From assembly GCA_030390025.1 (NCBI GenBank), contig JASTWF010000332.1:62001-126000 (forward strand): a stretch of DNA of 64,000 nucleotides. The letters are read 5' to 3'. Source of the DNA: Squalus acanthias (Eukaryota). Positions 27,166-40,190 of the stretch are shown piece after piece. The translations under genes were made by a program, and so were the position numbers. The notes below the pieces were generated by a model that had not been told where the DNA came from, ran no database searches, and saw only the letters and a list, made by a program, of their open reading frames with translations. Positions within the stretch are counted from its first letter, which is position 1; the number at the start of each line of letters is the position of its first letter.

Positions 27166-29099
27166 AATGGACTGCCCTAGAGGAAACGGTAGTGGAAGCA
27201 GAATCAATAATAGCTTTTAAAAGGGCTGTGGATAAATATTTGAAAAGAAACATTTAAAATGGGAACGGGGAAAGGGCAGGAGTGTGGGACTAAGTGGAGA
27301 GCTCTTTCAGAGAGCCAGCACAAGTGTGATGGGCTAAATGGCCTCCTTCTGTGCTGTAAACATGCTGATTTAAGGATAGTATGACTGAAGCCTAGGACTG
27401 TAGAAGGGAGAGCACTTTAAGGACAATCCAGAAGTCCCATGGCTTCTTAACACTGAAAAGTGCCAGCAGTATTTATGTTTTTTTTTGTTTCTTTCTTTAT
27501 TGCCTGGGGGGGGGGGGGGGAGGAGGTGGTGGCTGTAAGAAGAAGGCAATGAAATGAAACGGCCATAAAATAGAAACAACATTCATTACCAAAGGCATTT
27601 TGTGTCCTGTTATATAACAGGGTTTAATCTGTCAATCCAGTGGACAAGCACAGAACTGGTGAAAAAAGTGAGTTGTGTACACTGCTGACAGTTCTGCGAT
27701 GTGTGCGCTGGGTATTAGTTATAAATGCTATAACTCACGTCGCCACTTCCAGCAATGAATTCCATGCATGGCACACAATACCTCTCAATTTTGACAGCAG
27801 CAGCGCAACCTGGACTGATCAAACCTGGGGGTGGGGGGGGGAGGGAGAAAAGGTAGGGGAAAGGGGCTGCTCGCAATCAGACACGGCAAAGCGTTAATGG
27901 TTTTCTCTTTTACACCGAGAGGTTTCACAATCAGATCCATCAAGAAACAAAATACAATGAATGTTTTTCTTCCTGACATGAAAGTGCTGCCTTGCCGGCT
28001 GGAAAGCATGAAAGAAACTCCAGCCATCTCCTCACCCCTTTTCAAACAGGGATCTACAGGAGAGAGCCCTTACATTGTGCATGCTCGTAAACCTCACAAT
28101 GGGGGGCGGGGGGGGAAGCAGAGAGTTAACAAAAATATATTTTGGACACTGGGATATTGTAAGAGTTGTTTTTTTTTTTACGTGCAGATATAAATTCAGA
28201 TCTCTTGAAGCACTGACCTATGAGGAAACAATAAACCCCTGTAGTTTAATATTGCAGGGAAAGTCGGATTGTGACTCCCAGTAAATACAAATTCCTAGGC
28301 TTGCTTTTCAAGCTGGTCTTGCATGTTGTTTCCTAGGGGGTGGTATGGACTGTGTTGAAATCTTATTAAATTTTCATATTAACAATTTAATTTGTTTCAC
28401 AACATGTGCATTAATCTTCCAGAAACATAACTAACTAATCTAAGATAGCATGAGAAAAGTTGAGCGTATTGGATATGTGGGATTAGTTAGCAAAGGCAAA
28501 AATCTCATTGGAGGTGTTCAGATAATATTGCTTTCATTTTATAAGAGTCCTTTCAACATTATGGTTTGAATATTGGCTTGAAGTTATCGCAAGGTACCAG
28601 ATAACCTTTATGGGCTGTTTGTCCTCAGTTTGAGGCCTGCCCGCAGCAGCTGCCAATGCATTTCTCCTCACTGGTTGTGCCACAGACGATGCCATTGCTG
28701 AAAGTTTATTGGGGAGTAACTGGCAGTTCTATCAGCTAGCTCTACAACTAGAATACATCATGTACCTGGGAATGCCACCAGTCTGGTTTTGAATGGGATG
28801 GTCCATTTTTAAGTCAGCTCTCCAGACACTTTGAAAGGGAAAATGAGAACCAAGGACACAAAATTCCTCTTTTGAATGAGAGGATACTGCGAGGATACCT
28901 GCAGTTAGTGAGGACCACAGGGCTGGCACTGACGCAACTGCCAGCTGTGCCCCCATCTCCTTTCTCAACTCTGAACAAAAACTGACATTCTCCCGTTATT
29001 CACTAAAAGAACTGACGTCTGCTTTTGAAAATAAATGCCCATTCTGTTCCACACTTAGGGTAGATTTTTCCAAAGCTCAGCCCAGAATAGCTACAAACT

Positions 29100-29520
29100 A
29101 AGAAAGAAAGACTTGCATTTATATAGCACCTTTCTGATCTCAGGACGTCCCAAAGCGCTTTACAACCAATGAAGTACTTTTAAAGTGCAGTCACTGTTGT
29201 AATGTAGGAAACGCAGCAGTCAATTTTTGCACAGCAAGGTCCCACAAACAGCAATGTGATAATGACCAGGTACCCTGTTTTGGTTGCAGGCTAAATATTG
29301 GCCAGGACACCGGGGATAACTCCCCTGCTCTTCTTCGATACAGTGCCATGGGATCTTTTACGTCCACCTGAGAGAGCAGACGGGGCCTCGGTCTAATGTT
29401 TCATCTGAAAGACGGCACCTCCGACAGTGCAGCACTCCCTCAGCACTGCACTGGAGTGGGACTTGAACCAACAACCTTCTGGCTCAGAGGCGAGCGTGCT
29501 ACCCAATGAGCCATGGCTGA
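29100..29520 (-). mobile_element. DeuSINE
   Basis: Reverse complement of 17445-17890 with small deletions. Confidence 0.82.
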
Positions 29521-30825
29521 AATCTACAATTGATATTGCTGCAAAACAAAGGCTGGCCTAACAATTGCTACACAGTCTCTGGACCACCTAAGAGACAACA
29601 TAAAAAAAGGTTCAGAAATGGCCTGAAACTTTAGGCAGTGCACTTTAAATCCACTTCTATATACAGATCTGCTCCTAGCAAACCTGAATATCAATTTTGA
29701 ATGGGTGAAATGATAAGCAGGTAGCAATGCTGTGAAATTGCATGGACATCTAAATCACGCCACTGGGACCTCATCAACATATCAAGATTAAGCTCCCATC
29801 TCTTTCAGGTGTGCGTCAATCAAATCCACAGAACCAAAGTGAAGCACCAAGTTGGCAGATATCGGGCATCACCGATCTTGGCTGCTTTTTTTTCCTGAAC
29901 AGTCACATATTGGCTACTTTATAACCAATTGGAAAAATCTACCCTACTGTGCCTCACGAGGTGGGAGACAATAATCATTGGGGATATCCATCTTGTCACT
30001 GGGCTTTCATCAGCAGCAAAGCAAACCTCAAACCTCAAGATTTGTTTTCTTTGCAAAACACTAATGGTACAGTCATCCATTAGCGCAGTGAATTAATTAT
30101 TGCTGAAGAACACACAGGTCTCCTAGCAACAGGTGTAAGGAGGACGCGACTGAAACCTTTGCAAGAACTTCCGTAACTGAGCCTGGAAGATGTCAGCCCA
30201 TCATTAAAGTAAAAAAAAAATCACAGTTTGACGAGCCACGTCTATCTGCACCTTACTCTTGTCGTTTTGCTGCTCTGAAATTCTTACTTTCCTTGAAAAC
30301 TGGTCACCTCCTGAATTTAATGTGCTGAATGGAGCTGCCCACACACGGAGAAGCACGGGCACAGCTAAAAAATGAGAGGCAGCAGTAATTACATGGACCA
30401 TGTGTCAGGTTCCAGTGTGAAGGGCCATTTTTCATCCCACAAATCGAGAATCCCACCACGGACAAACGTCAACCTCCACTTCTTCTGTTCTATTCGCATT
30501 ATTTACTGATTAAATTAGAGGCTTCTGCCGTCCTAACTCATAGCCCTACGTAGGAGGTTATACAGTTATTAACGAAAACGAAAAGCAGCAAAGGCAGATA
30601 GTATTCAATTTAATCCTTTCTACATTCCTTTCCCGAAAGACTTCTATTCCACGCAAATTATGAAACTCCTTTCCACCACCACGAACAAAACAACAGAAAG
30701 AATAAATGTAAAATGGTGGAAAACGCATCTGAAGACAAGAAGCTGATGGGCCTGCTGTGCATTTGTAGAACTTTCTGCTTTTCACCACAGCAGATTTAAA
30801 AAAAAATGTAATAATCCTTTTTGAA

Positions 30826-31256
30826 AAGAATGACTTGCATTTCTATAGCACCTTTCATGGCCCCAGGACATCCCAAAGCGCTCCACAGCCAGTGTAGTGT
30901 GGGAAATGCAGCAGCCAATTTGAGTCCAGCAAGGTCCCACAAACAGCAATGAAATAAATGAGCAGGTTATCTGTTTTGGGTGTTGGTTGAGGGATAAATA
31001 TTGGCCAGGATACCTGGGAGAACTCCCCAACACTTCTTCAAATAGCAGCGTGAGATTTTTTACATCCACCCGAGGGGGCAGACGGGGCCTCAGTTTAACG
31101 TCTCATCTAAAAGACGGCACCTCCGACAGTGCAGCACTCCCTCAGTACTGCACTGGAGTGTCAGTCTAGGTTAAGTGCTCAAGTTCCTGGAGTGGGACTT
31201 GAACCCACGACCTTCTGACTCAGAGGCGCGCGTGCGACCCACTGAGCCGTGGCTGT
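30826..31256 (-). mobile_element. DeuSINE
   Basis: Reverse complement of 17445-17890, with head GGGTTCAAGTCCC (B-box-like). Confidence 0.82.
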
Positions 31257-33789
31257 ATTCTAATGTCACACACTGTCATATTAATGGGAAAATCCTATTA
31301 AAAGGGCAGGCATCACGAGGTGTGGACACCATTAATATTGAATGATGCGAGAGTGCTGAGCCAAGACTGACACTGCGCAGTGTAAATAGACACCAACACA
31401 GAGTATGCTTGGTAAGGGTGTCACTTGGGACCGATGAGATATCAAGGGGAAACCTTTGTCGGTGTTGACGTGAGATGTGGAACTCTTTTTTTCAATCCAC
31501 CAGAGTTAGTTCAGTAAAGTGATTGCAGGTGCGCGCTGCCTCTGATGACTGGCTCTCTTTTCAAATGTTGACTCACATTACGTGCTGTCCCAGTATTTTC
31601 TGTTTTGCTTCATATCTGCAGCAGTTGCCTTTTTCTTAATCCAGCTCAGTCTGCATTCACCTCCAACCTCGGAGTAAAGTCTTCAGGTGCACGCCGACTG
31701 ATCAGAGCGTGCTCGCCATTTCTCGATTACTCTCGGCGGAGCCACTCTTCAGTACGATCGCCTCCTACAACAGGTTTCAAAACGAACATGCCTGCAAGGA
31801 TAGCACTGCATATTTCCATGTGTTTGCCTGGAATTGCCTCAGAGCCGCTCCCACTCCCCGCTATAACTTCCGGCAAAGTTATGGTGGAGCAGTGGCGGGA
31901 GCCGCTCTGTGGAAATTGCGGGTCGTCCGTTGGGAGTTTCCTCGGTGGCTCTCCCGATTGGCCGACGTAACTTGGGTGGAAGATCGGCAGAACCCCCCCC
32001 CCCCCCACCCCCTGGATAAACCATGTAGGGGGTGACGATGGGGGGTAGGAAGGAGGAGAAAACTAAGGGTAGGGAAAGGAGAGAGAAGCACCATCCTGTA
32101 ACTTGTGTATGAAACCACTATGATAAAAATCAATGGGGTCTTTTGTAGCTTTTCCAAGAGAAAAGGATTTGTTGGACGCTTTTTCATGAAGGTTCTTTTT
32201 GTTGAGGGATGCGGGGGTGGGGGGGCACACATCAAGATTCAGAACAAGCCTATCTGTGAAGCATATACTTTTCATACTACGCTTCTTCAGAATCGGCGAG
32301 ATGCACAGTGGCACTTGGGTGGGATTCACAAGGCAACATGCAAGACAATCCTCTCTAATGTGCATTATGATTATATTTCGAAAGCTCCTATCAATGAGTT
32401 CCATTAAAGTCAATACAACATGCCGACCAGCAACAAAGAAAATTACAAGGGAGAATTTATGCTGTTTCCTAGCATTTAAGACCAAGTAATAATAATAAAA
32501 AATGGAATGTTTAAGTAAATGGGAAGCGTGACATTAAGCCCATCAAATGCTTCAATGGTTCAAACTCGACTGAAACCCTTGGGGGTCTGGGAAATGAAAG
32601 TGTTGACAGCCCCAGTTTAGATTCAGCTTGGCCATTGGTGCAGCCACTTTTTCCCAGAACGTGCAGAGCTCCGTGGGGTTGGGAAACACAACTATTGAGC
32701 TTCTATCCTTCTGGTACTGTTCTACACACTACCCCTTCTCTCCACACTCTAAACAGAAGGTACAATGGCAACCAGGAACCTTAGAAACACACATCAGGGA
32801 GCCAGAAACACACATCAGGGAGCCATCTAAAGAAAGATCTCAAAGAGGCAATTGCTTTATCTAGGTTTACCAGAGTCCTGGCAATCGCTACAAACCCAGG
32901 CAGCGCATGCTTTCAATTTTAGTCGCTGAAAACATTTTCGCTGGGGTGAGGGAAATAAATGACTGCGAGGACTGTCAAAAATTACAATTAAAAGCAGACA
33001 GTCTAAAAAATGCTATTTTCAAGGTAAATCGAAAAAGCCTCCAGTCACAGCAGATTTCCGACGTCAAGAACGACCGTGTTGAAAAAGTGTGCCCTTTTCT
33101 GAAAGGCATTTGGCCAAAAAAAATGTTGGATGGTCAATGTGTGTCCCGATGCATCACTGAATCAGAATTGTGCAAACGCTGCTCAACTATTCTACCCCTC
33201 CCTCGCCTACAGAGAGTCTCACTCAGGATTTTGTATCATCCGTCATCTCGCATTACTCTTTAAAGCAGGAGTTCTAAGCTTTTGTCTTTGTGGGTCGCTG
33301 AGCTGTAAGTCATAGTGCCTTCAGGGGTTACAGAGTCGGGTAAATGTTCTTCCTGCGAGCACATGTTGGGAAATTGCACAGTCTCACCTGCGATTTCCAC
33401 CCATTATTTTTTTTTAAATGGGAAATTTGTGCTATAATGTTTAAATCAACAGTCTCATTAATTTGCATACATCTCACATTATTGAGAGTCACAGATCTTG
33501 GTGTTGTGATTAAATTCACCAGTGAGGTAGCAGCGCTAAGAACAGACCATTCCAAACCCCCAGGCCCACAAAATTTCAACAGGACAACGCAGTGAGTAAG
33601 GAACATGACTAGAAGTGGAACCGAGTAGCCTGGGTTAATTGTCTGAGTTTATGGGCTACATACAACCCACAGGCCATAGTTTGGATGCCGCAGCTGCTGT
33701 TTTATAGAAGTCAGATTGTCATTTCATAAGAAAAGGAAAGAAATTAAGTGAATCTTGTTCTTGTTTTACAAAATGTAATAAGCAGTTAA

Positions 33790-34645
33790 TGGGGGTTAGG
33801 TTCCACATGTACGCTGACGACACCAGGCTCTACCTCATCACCACCTCTCTCAATCTCTCCTGCCTTCCATCCTATCACAGACCTTCCCGTTTGTTTTTTC
33901 CACCCCTCCCCCCTTTCCCTGCCCCTGCACTTGCTTAAAATCTGTTACATCTCTCTAACTTTTTCCAGTTCTGACAAAAGGCCATCGACCTGAAACGTCA
34001 ACTCGGTTTCTCTCTCCACAGATGCTGCCTGGCCTGCTGAGTAGTTCCAGCATTTTCTGTTATTATTTCTCTCAAACCCTCCACCGCTTCTGCATTATCA
34101 GACTACTTGTCCGACATCCGTTCCTGGATGAGCTGCAATTTCCTCCGGCTAAACATTGAGAAGACCAAAGCCACAGGTTTTGGCTCCTGCCGTAAACTCT
34201 GCCACCGATTCTATCCCCCTTCCCGGCCATTGTCTCAGGCTGAACCAGACTGTTCACAATTTTGGCATCCTATTTCACCCCGAACTGAGTGTCTGACCCC
34301 ATATCCCTATCATCACAGAGGCCGCCTACTTCCACCTTTGTAACATTGCACATCTGCTGTTGTAATCTTCATCCATGTCCTCGTTACCTCCAGACTTGAC
34401 TATTCCAATGCTCTCTGGCAGGCCTCCCACTCCCTTCAACCCACTACTGGCGGCCGTGCCTTCAGCTATCTCGGCCCGAAGCTCTGGAATCCCTTCCATA
34501 AACCTCTCCGCCTCCTTCTGCTCCTTTAAAATAGTCACCTCACCTGATATCTCCTTCTTTAGCTCAATGTCATTTTTTTTGTCGGATTACGCTCCTGTGA
34601 ACGTTTTCTACTTAAAAGGCATGATATAAATGCAAGTTGTTGTAA
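33790..34645 (+). mobile_element. L2 LINE 3' fragment interrupted by a Penelope-type repeat (about 33855-34068)
   Basis: FHMYADDTRLY, then LSDIRSWMSCNFLRLNIEKTK. Tail aaaggcatgatataaatgcaagttgttg. CTCTCAA occurs on both sides of the insert. Confidence 0.8.
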
Positions 34646-35914
34646 TAGGCCTTTAACCCTGCAGAACTGTTTCAAAACTTGTTGTTGAACTCAGAGTTTC
34701 ACCTTCCTGCTCACTTTACAGCACTGGGAGCCTTTAACAGCTGGTAAGGTGAAAGCAATGAGAAAAATGATGGCCCCCACCAGCCTGTGAAGATGAAGCC
34801 GTCTCTTTCTCTCCCCTCTCCTTCTTGTAAAGACTCGCTCACCCATACAAAGATTCCCCAGCCGTTGGGCAAACTGCTGACACCAGACAAAAAGTTATTT
34901 GCAAAAGGTTTTTAAAAACAACCGAGGGGAGTGACCCAAACATGTACCATTGGTCTGAAGGTTTCAAAACTTCCAACTTTTTGCTCGAGCAGATTGTCCA
35001 GTTCCCAGAGAAGTGGTGGTGACCACTTCACTGATTCTACAGGAAGGAACAGGAAGGCTTCAGTCATTAATATTAATGGTCGCCACCTTTCCCTTCACTG
35101 CTGGTGCCACTCCTGTTGAGCGAGGCATGATGACTGAAGGTAGGAGCAAGGCTACACTTCCCACGTCTGGAGACCCGCTTCAGTAAGTCAAAGGCAACAA
35201 AAGTGCAGCATCTACAGTACAAGCCAAACATCAATGTGGAGTTAGGTCAGTGGTGGTTTGATACTCTGATGACCCCCCCAAGCCATGAGGTGAACTCAGT
35301 CGAGGAATTCTTCAGGCAAACAGAAACTCCTTGGATGCCAGTGATGGATGTACACACAAGTTCGAAGGAATCCTCCAGTAAATCACTGCTAGCTCCGCTG
35401 GATGCTCATGAAAGTAGAATTAAATAGGCTGTTGATTTGTGAATAACATCTCATTGTGAAAACAACAGAGTGCCCAAGGGAAACGGCAGCTATTTAACCT
35501 TAACAAGTCAATGTATCTTGTTGCTTCAGGATCAAATCTCGATAGCAGCTGTGCAAACTCAGAGGATTAGTCCTCAGTAAGATATTCTGTCTCATTTCTT
35601 TAGTAACACGGTTAGCTGGGGATCCCATGATGGCTTTCTCAATTCATCGAGTGACTGGCTGAGCCACACAGACAAGGACAGTCTCGGGTTCAATGTCTGG
35701 TCTTTAGTAAGTTAGTTGATCTCAGCCTGTGCAATCACTACAAGGTATGAGTGAACGTCTGCAGTTATACTGCCCCTTCACTGCCCTTCATTTTTGACTG
35801 GAGGAAAGTAGACATGCTCACATTCATGAGTGGAGGTCGACTCACCTGCCTCCAATTGCTCCAGAAGGTTTCATTAACTGAAAGCTGTTGACAATGCCTT
35901 TCCTTCTTGCATAC

Positions 35915-36790
35915 CCCCACTTTAAAGATTTATGTATCCGTACCCTTCGATCTCTCTGTTCTTCCATGCTGTTAAGAATCTTATCATTTAGGGTATACTT
36001 CCTTTCACTGTAACTTTTCCAAAAATGTACTATTTCACATTTCTCTGCACTTGCCACCTGTCTGCCCACTCTATTAGCCTGTCTACACCCGGCTGTAATC
36101 TCCTGCATCCTTCCCCATAGGTTATCATGTACCCTAATCTGGGATCATTCACCTACCTCTTGGCCTACATGAAAATCATTTACATAACTTGAAAACAAAA
36201 GTGGCCCCGGCATAGGTCCATTACCACGCCATTAATGACATTCCACCCAATCAAACAACATCCATTTACCCTGACTCTCCCCTAGCCATCTATCCACGCA
36301 GCTACATCCCCTTTATCACCATCTGATTTGACTTTTATGACAAGTCTTTTTTATGAGGCATATCAAATGCCTCTGAAATTCCATATATACAACACCCACC
36401 AAACTCCCCTTATCTGTGATTTCCTCAAAGAATTCAGTTAACTTAGTGAAGCACAACCTGCCCTTTATAAATCCATACCGACTATCTTTGATTAGCCCCT
36501 TGCTTTTCTAAGTGCTTACTACTCTCATCCCGTGTTATAGACTCTAGAGGGGTCATTGCCTGAGACACCACTCAAGCCTTCCGAGACATGAGCACATGTT
36601 GGCGATAGGGCTACAACACTACAGTCTGAATTCTCCAGCCCGCACTCACTGCTAGTGAGGACCACACTGGCAACGGAGACTTAAAATTTACTCACAACCA
36701 AGATAAAAGTAACTAGTTTGTAATTTCCTGGCTTATCCCTTTCCCTTTCCTTGAATAGGGACCAACGTTTGCCAATCTCCAATGCTTTGG
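35915..36790 (-). mobile_element. Old degenerate CR1 fragment
   Basis: Residual motifs EKCEIVHF and EEQRDRRV, plus decayed RT-like sequence (tatcaaatgcc, tcctcaaagaattcag). Confidence 0.6.
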
Positions 36791-37034
36791 AAAATGATGG
36801 ATATATACTTACACCAACAACAACTTGCGGTTATATAGCATCTTTAAACATCCCAAGGCACTTCACAGGAGTGTAATCGGACATAATTTGACTTGGTATA
36901 TCCTGAGCTTTGGATAATAAACCAGGTTCTGTTAAAGCTGTCAGAAGTCACCAGAGCTTTCGCTGCAGCTGACACTCGGTTTTTTCTGTTTTGTAAATCA
37001 TCAACTACTGACGTGCATCCTCTTTATTATCCCT

Positions 37035-37550
37035 AGAGGTCATGATGTGGAGATGCCGGCGTTGGACTGGGGTGGACAAAAATGAGAAGTCGCACAACAC
37101 CAGGTTATAGTCCAACAGATTTATTTAATTTTACAAGCTTTCGGAGCAGTTCGCTCCTTCGTCAGGTAAGTTTAGCAGTGAGAGAATCTCCCAGAATTCA
37201 CAATTTAAACACAGACAAAATACACGATACAGAACGTGACTTGACATCATGGCCGGTCTTCCCAGGTGTTTTTTTTTTAAAAAGGCTAACACAAGAACCT
37301 ACACAGATTGACAGGATATGCAGCCAGCAGGTGGTTTGACACGTTGGACCCCCTGGGACACATCTCATTGTCTTGGCTATGCTCTTTGATGTGGGAAAGA
37401 TTTGAATATATTTTGTCTGTGTTTAAATTGTGAATTCTGGGAGATTCTCTCACTGCTAAACTTACTTGACGAAGGAGCGAACTGCTCCGAAAGCTTGTAA
37501 AATTAAATAAATCTGTTGGACTATAACCTGGTGTTGTGCGACTTCTCATT
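37035..37550. mobile_element. Penelope-like element remnant with inverted terminal repeat (arms 37078-37222 and 37409-37553)
   Basis: 145-bp arms with one mismatch. TTTATTATCCCT is repeated at 37023-37034 and 37551-37562. Each arm has a hammerhead motif, and one arm has an extra extension. No RT or GIY-YIG sequence is visible, so the family is inferred. Confidence 0.75.
37131..37169 (-). ncRNA. Minimal type-I hammerhead ribozyme motif, intact core
   Basis: UUAC-CUGACGA-A-GGAGC-gaacu-GCUCC-GAAA-GCUU-GUAA: stem I UUAC/GUAA, 5-bp stem II, palindromic AGCU stem III and a CUU triplet. Confidence 0.75.
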
Positions 37551-40012
37551 TTTATTATCCCTGCCAGAGAGCACCCTCTCTGATTCGCGGACGGTCAGAG
37601 AGCATTATTTAGCGGACAGACAGTGGGATTATGCCTGCCTCAGGAGCCCGCAGATGTTGTAAGCGACATTCTAACGCCAGCTGTATTTTTCCCTATCTTA
37701 TGGAGGTGGCAAAGGGTGGGGGGGGTGGGGGGGGGGGCGGAGAGCAAATTCTTAGGCTGACTGTTGTATGAAAGTCAAAAAAAAATACCCATAGCAACAT
37801 TTATTACCATTAATTATCCGAATTATACAAGAGACATCGCAACAGTATGAAATGTAACTGAAACTCCTACTCTTTGATTAAAAGGTTTCAGTATATTGCA
37901 CCCACTCTGGTATAGCTAAGGATCGACCATCACAGCAGGAGTGAGCCTGTCAAACATTATGTGCTATTCTGAAAAGCCTCCTTCCCTGCCACTCCAAAGT
38001 ACTCGTTTCAGCTGAAATCCTCCGACCCAGCCCTAGACTCTGCAGAGACCGGGCACCTGTAACACAACGTGGGGTGGGGGGAGGCGGGGGAGAGGGAGAG
38101 AGAGTTTACAATCGTAGCAAGAGAGGCTTTCAAAGTGGAAGACATCAACATGCTCACAGTCTAGCATCTGAGCACTTGCTGGGGTCGTATAAAATTCTTC
38201 TCTCTGCTATTTTAGTGAGAGGCATTAACCAGTTTAAAATGAACCAAATTAATGCCCTGCTAAAATAGAGAGAGCAATTTTATATCAGGCGAATTAATTG
38301 AGTATTGGCGCATTCATATCCCACATAAGTTTTAGAGCCATTGTTTTTAAGGGTGCAAGTTATCACAGTTGCGCTGACAGGTCTCCATTAGCAGTTTGTC
38401 TACAGGAGTGATTCCTTTTCTTGTTGGCCAGCTGGGCGTCTAAAACCTATCACCATGTTTAAGAGGGCTGCAATTGCGAGAAAGCTGTGCAAATGCATCG
38501 CAGGGGTCTCCACTTTAGTAAATCAAAGAATTTTGCTACTCAAAGTTTCAGAATCTCACGGTTCTTAGCGAGAAGGTCTGCGATCTGTTCTCAGTCCCAG
38601 AGCAACGCGCTCCGACGCCACTTTCTCAACCCGGAGGTACTGGCACACAATCCGAGGCACCTTCTGCGCGAGACAATAAACTCTGGCTGGAAAAGAAGGC
38701 TGTCGGGGGGTTGAGCGGCAACTCCCTGCAGTAAATCATTGACATAAATACTTGAAAAGGAAAGATTTGCAGGGCTATGGGAAAAGAGCAGGGGAGTGGA
38801 ACTAATTGGATAGCTCTTTCAAAGGGCCGGCACAGGCACGATGGGCCGAATGGCCTCCTTCTGTGCTGTATCATTCTATGATTATTGAGCAGCAGAGCAG
38901 CTGCGGCTGAACGTGGAATATAATTCAAACCCCTTCAAAAGGATCATTTTCACCTCCATTAGAATTCCGATGTTCCATTCAGATTTCCTCCCGCTATAAA
39001 GGGAATTGTGACTCAAGTGTAGAATTACTCAGTAAATTTGTTGTGCCGTTACGGGGATTCAACTGTGTGCTACCTATCTACACCAGCCATAGTTACTTTC
39101 ATTGGTTCTTCCCGCACCCCAGGACAGTTGGTGAAATACGTTTAAACTGTACTCTGCGATGTTGGCTGCACTGTCTGGGAAGTAGAAATGTCCAGTGTCG
39201 TAACACAGAGGCTGTTTTTTTTTTAATCCTCTGCCCCTAATTTTCTCCCCTCTCCCCAGATGGTGCCAACATATTCTGGAGATCTGGATCTCCCAGAGCA
39301 GGCGGCTTCCAGTACCTAGACCAAGTGGAGGCCTAGGCATCCGAGCCTAGATTTCCCGATTGACGTTAACATAGCGCCGATCAGAAAAATCTGGGCTCGA
39401 GTGCGAGCAGGCTTTTCCACGATCGCAGCATCACAGCCAAGCCTCACCCTGTCCTCATCTAATATCCTTGCCCGCCCGCCCGCACACACACACACATTTC
39501 AGGATAGCCAACAGAAGTGGGAATCCTTGGAGATGGACCCTTTTCCTAATCTGAGCGATGTGGCAGATGACAGCACCCCAATCACCACATAAGCACAGAG
39601 TTCAAGGAAAACCTGCCTGCCTCTGAATCTACAGCAAGTGTTGTCTTTGCCGTGGTATCTGTGAGTTTCAGTCAAACTACACACCTAAGTCAACTGGGCC
39701 CTGCACGGAGAGTGGGCCCAGTCTCACTGGATAAACACAACGCCAGGAGTATCTAGTAAGTGTTTCTACTTTGTAACTGAGCATCAGCAGCTCTGTAAAT
39801 GTTACAAACTAACTGGATTAGATGTGCTTGTCGTTTTGCAGACAAGAAGCAGAAAGCAGGCCCCTTCGAAATGGCAGCAAAATGCATTATAAAAGGATTA
39901 GCAGCAGAAATGCTCTCCCAAGGGTAGCGTGGTTTCTATGGACCCAGGCATCAACAGAGTCACTCCTCACATGTGAAAAGCTGGCTGTCTGAAAGGACGG
40001 TTTTAAAGTTAC

Positions 40013-40170
40013 CTTTTTGACTTTGTGAAGATCCTGTTCTTTTCGTACTGCGTCCAAGTCAGTCACGCCTCGGCTGAAGTCAGCCTCTGTACCGTCGTGT
40101 AGAGGCGGATCGATAGCGTCTATATCGGTCTCTTCCGAAGCCTCTTTCTCTGCGCCAGTTAGCTGTCGAG
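40013..40170 (-). CDS. NOS1AP: NOS1AP/CAPON-like internal coding exon (human exon 7 equivalent)
   Basis: taccag|CT CGA CAG...AAA AAG|gtaact gives (A)RQLTGAEKEASEETDIDAIDPPLHDGTEADFSRGVTDLDAVRKEQDLHKVKK. It shares RQLTGAE, EETDIDA and FSRGVTDLDAV with NOS1AP. The exon is 158 bp and its phase-1 start fits the phase-1 end of the previous exon. Confidence 0.93.
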
Positions 40171-40190
40171 CTGGTACAGATCACAAAACA

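Noticed and set aside
32783..32825. Short tandem duplications (21 bp here, 19 bp near 53541)
   Set aside because: They are ordinary slippage duplications with no associated feature.
37082..37549. Two convergent ORFs with identical N-termini (MRSRTTPGYSP...)
   Set aside because: They are an artefact of the inverted repeat.
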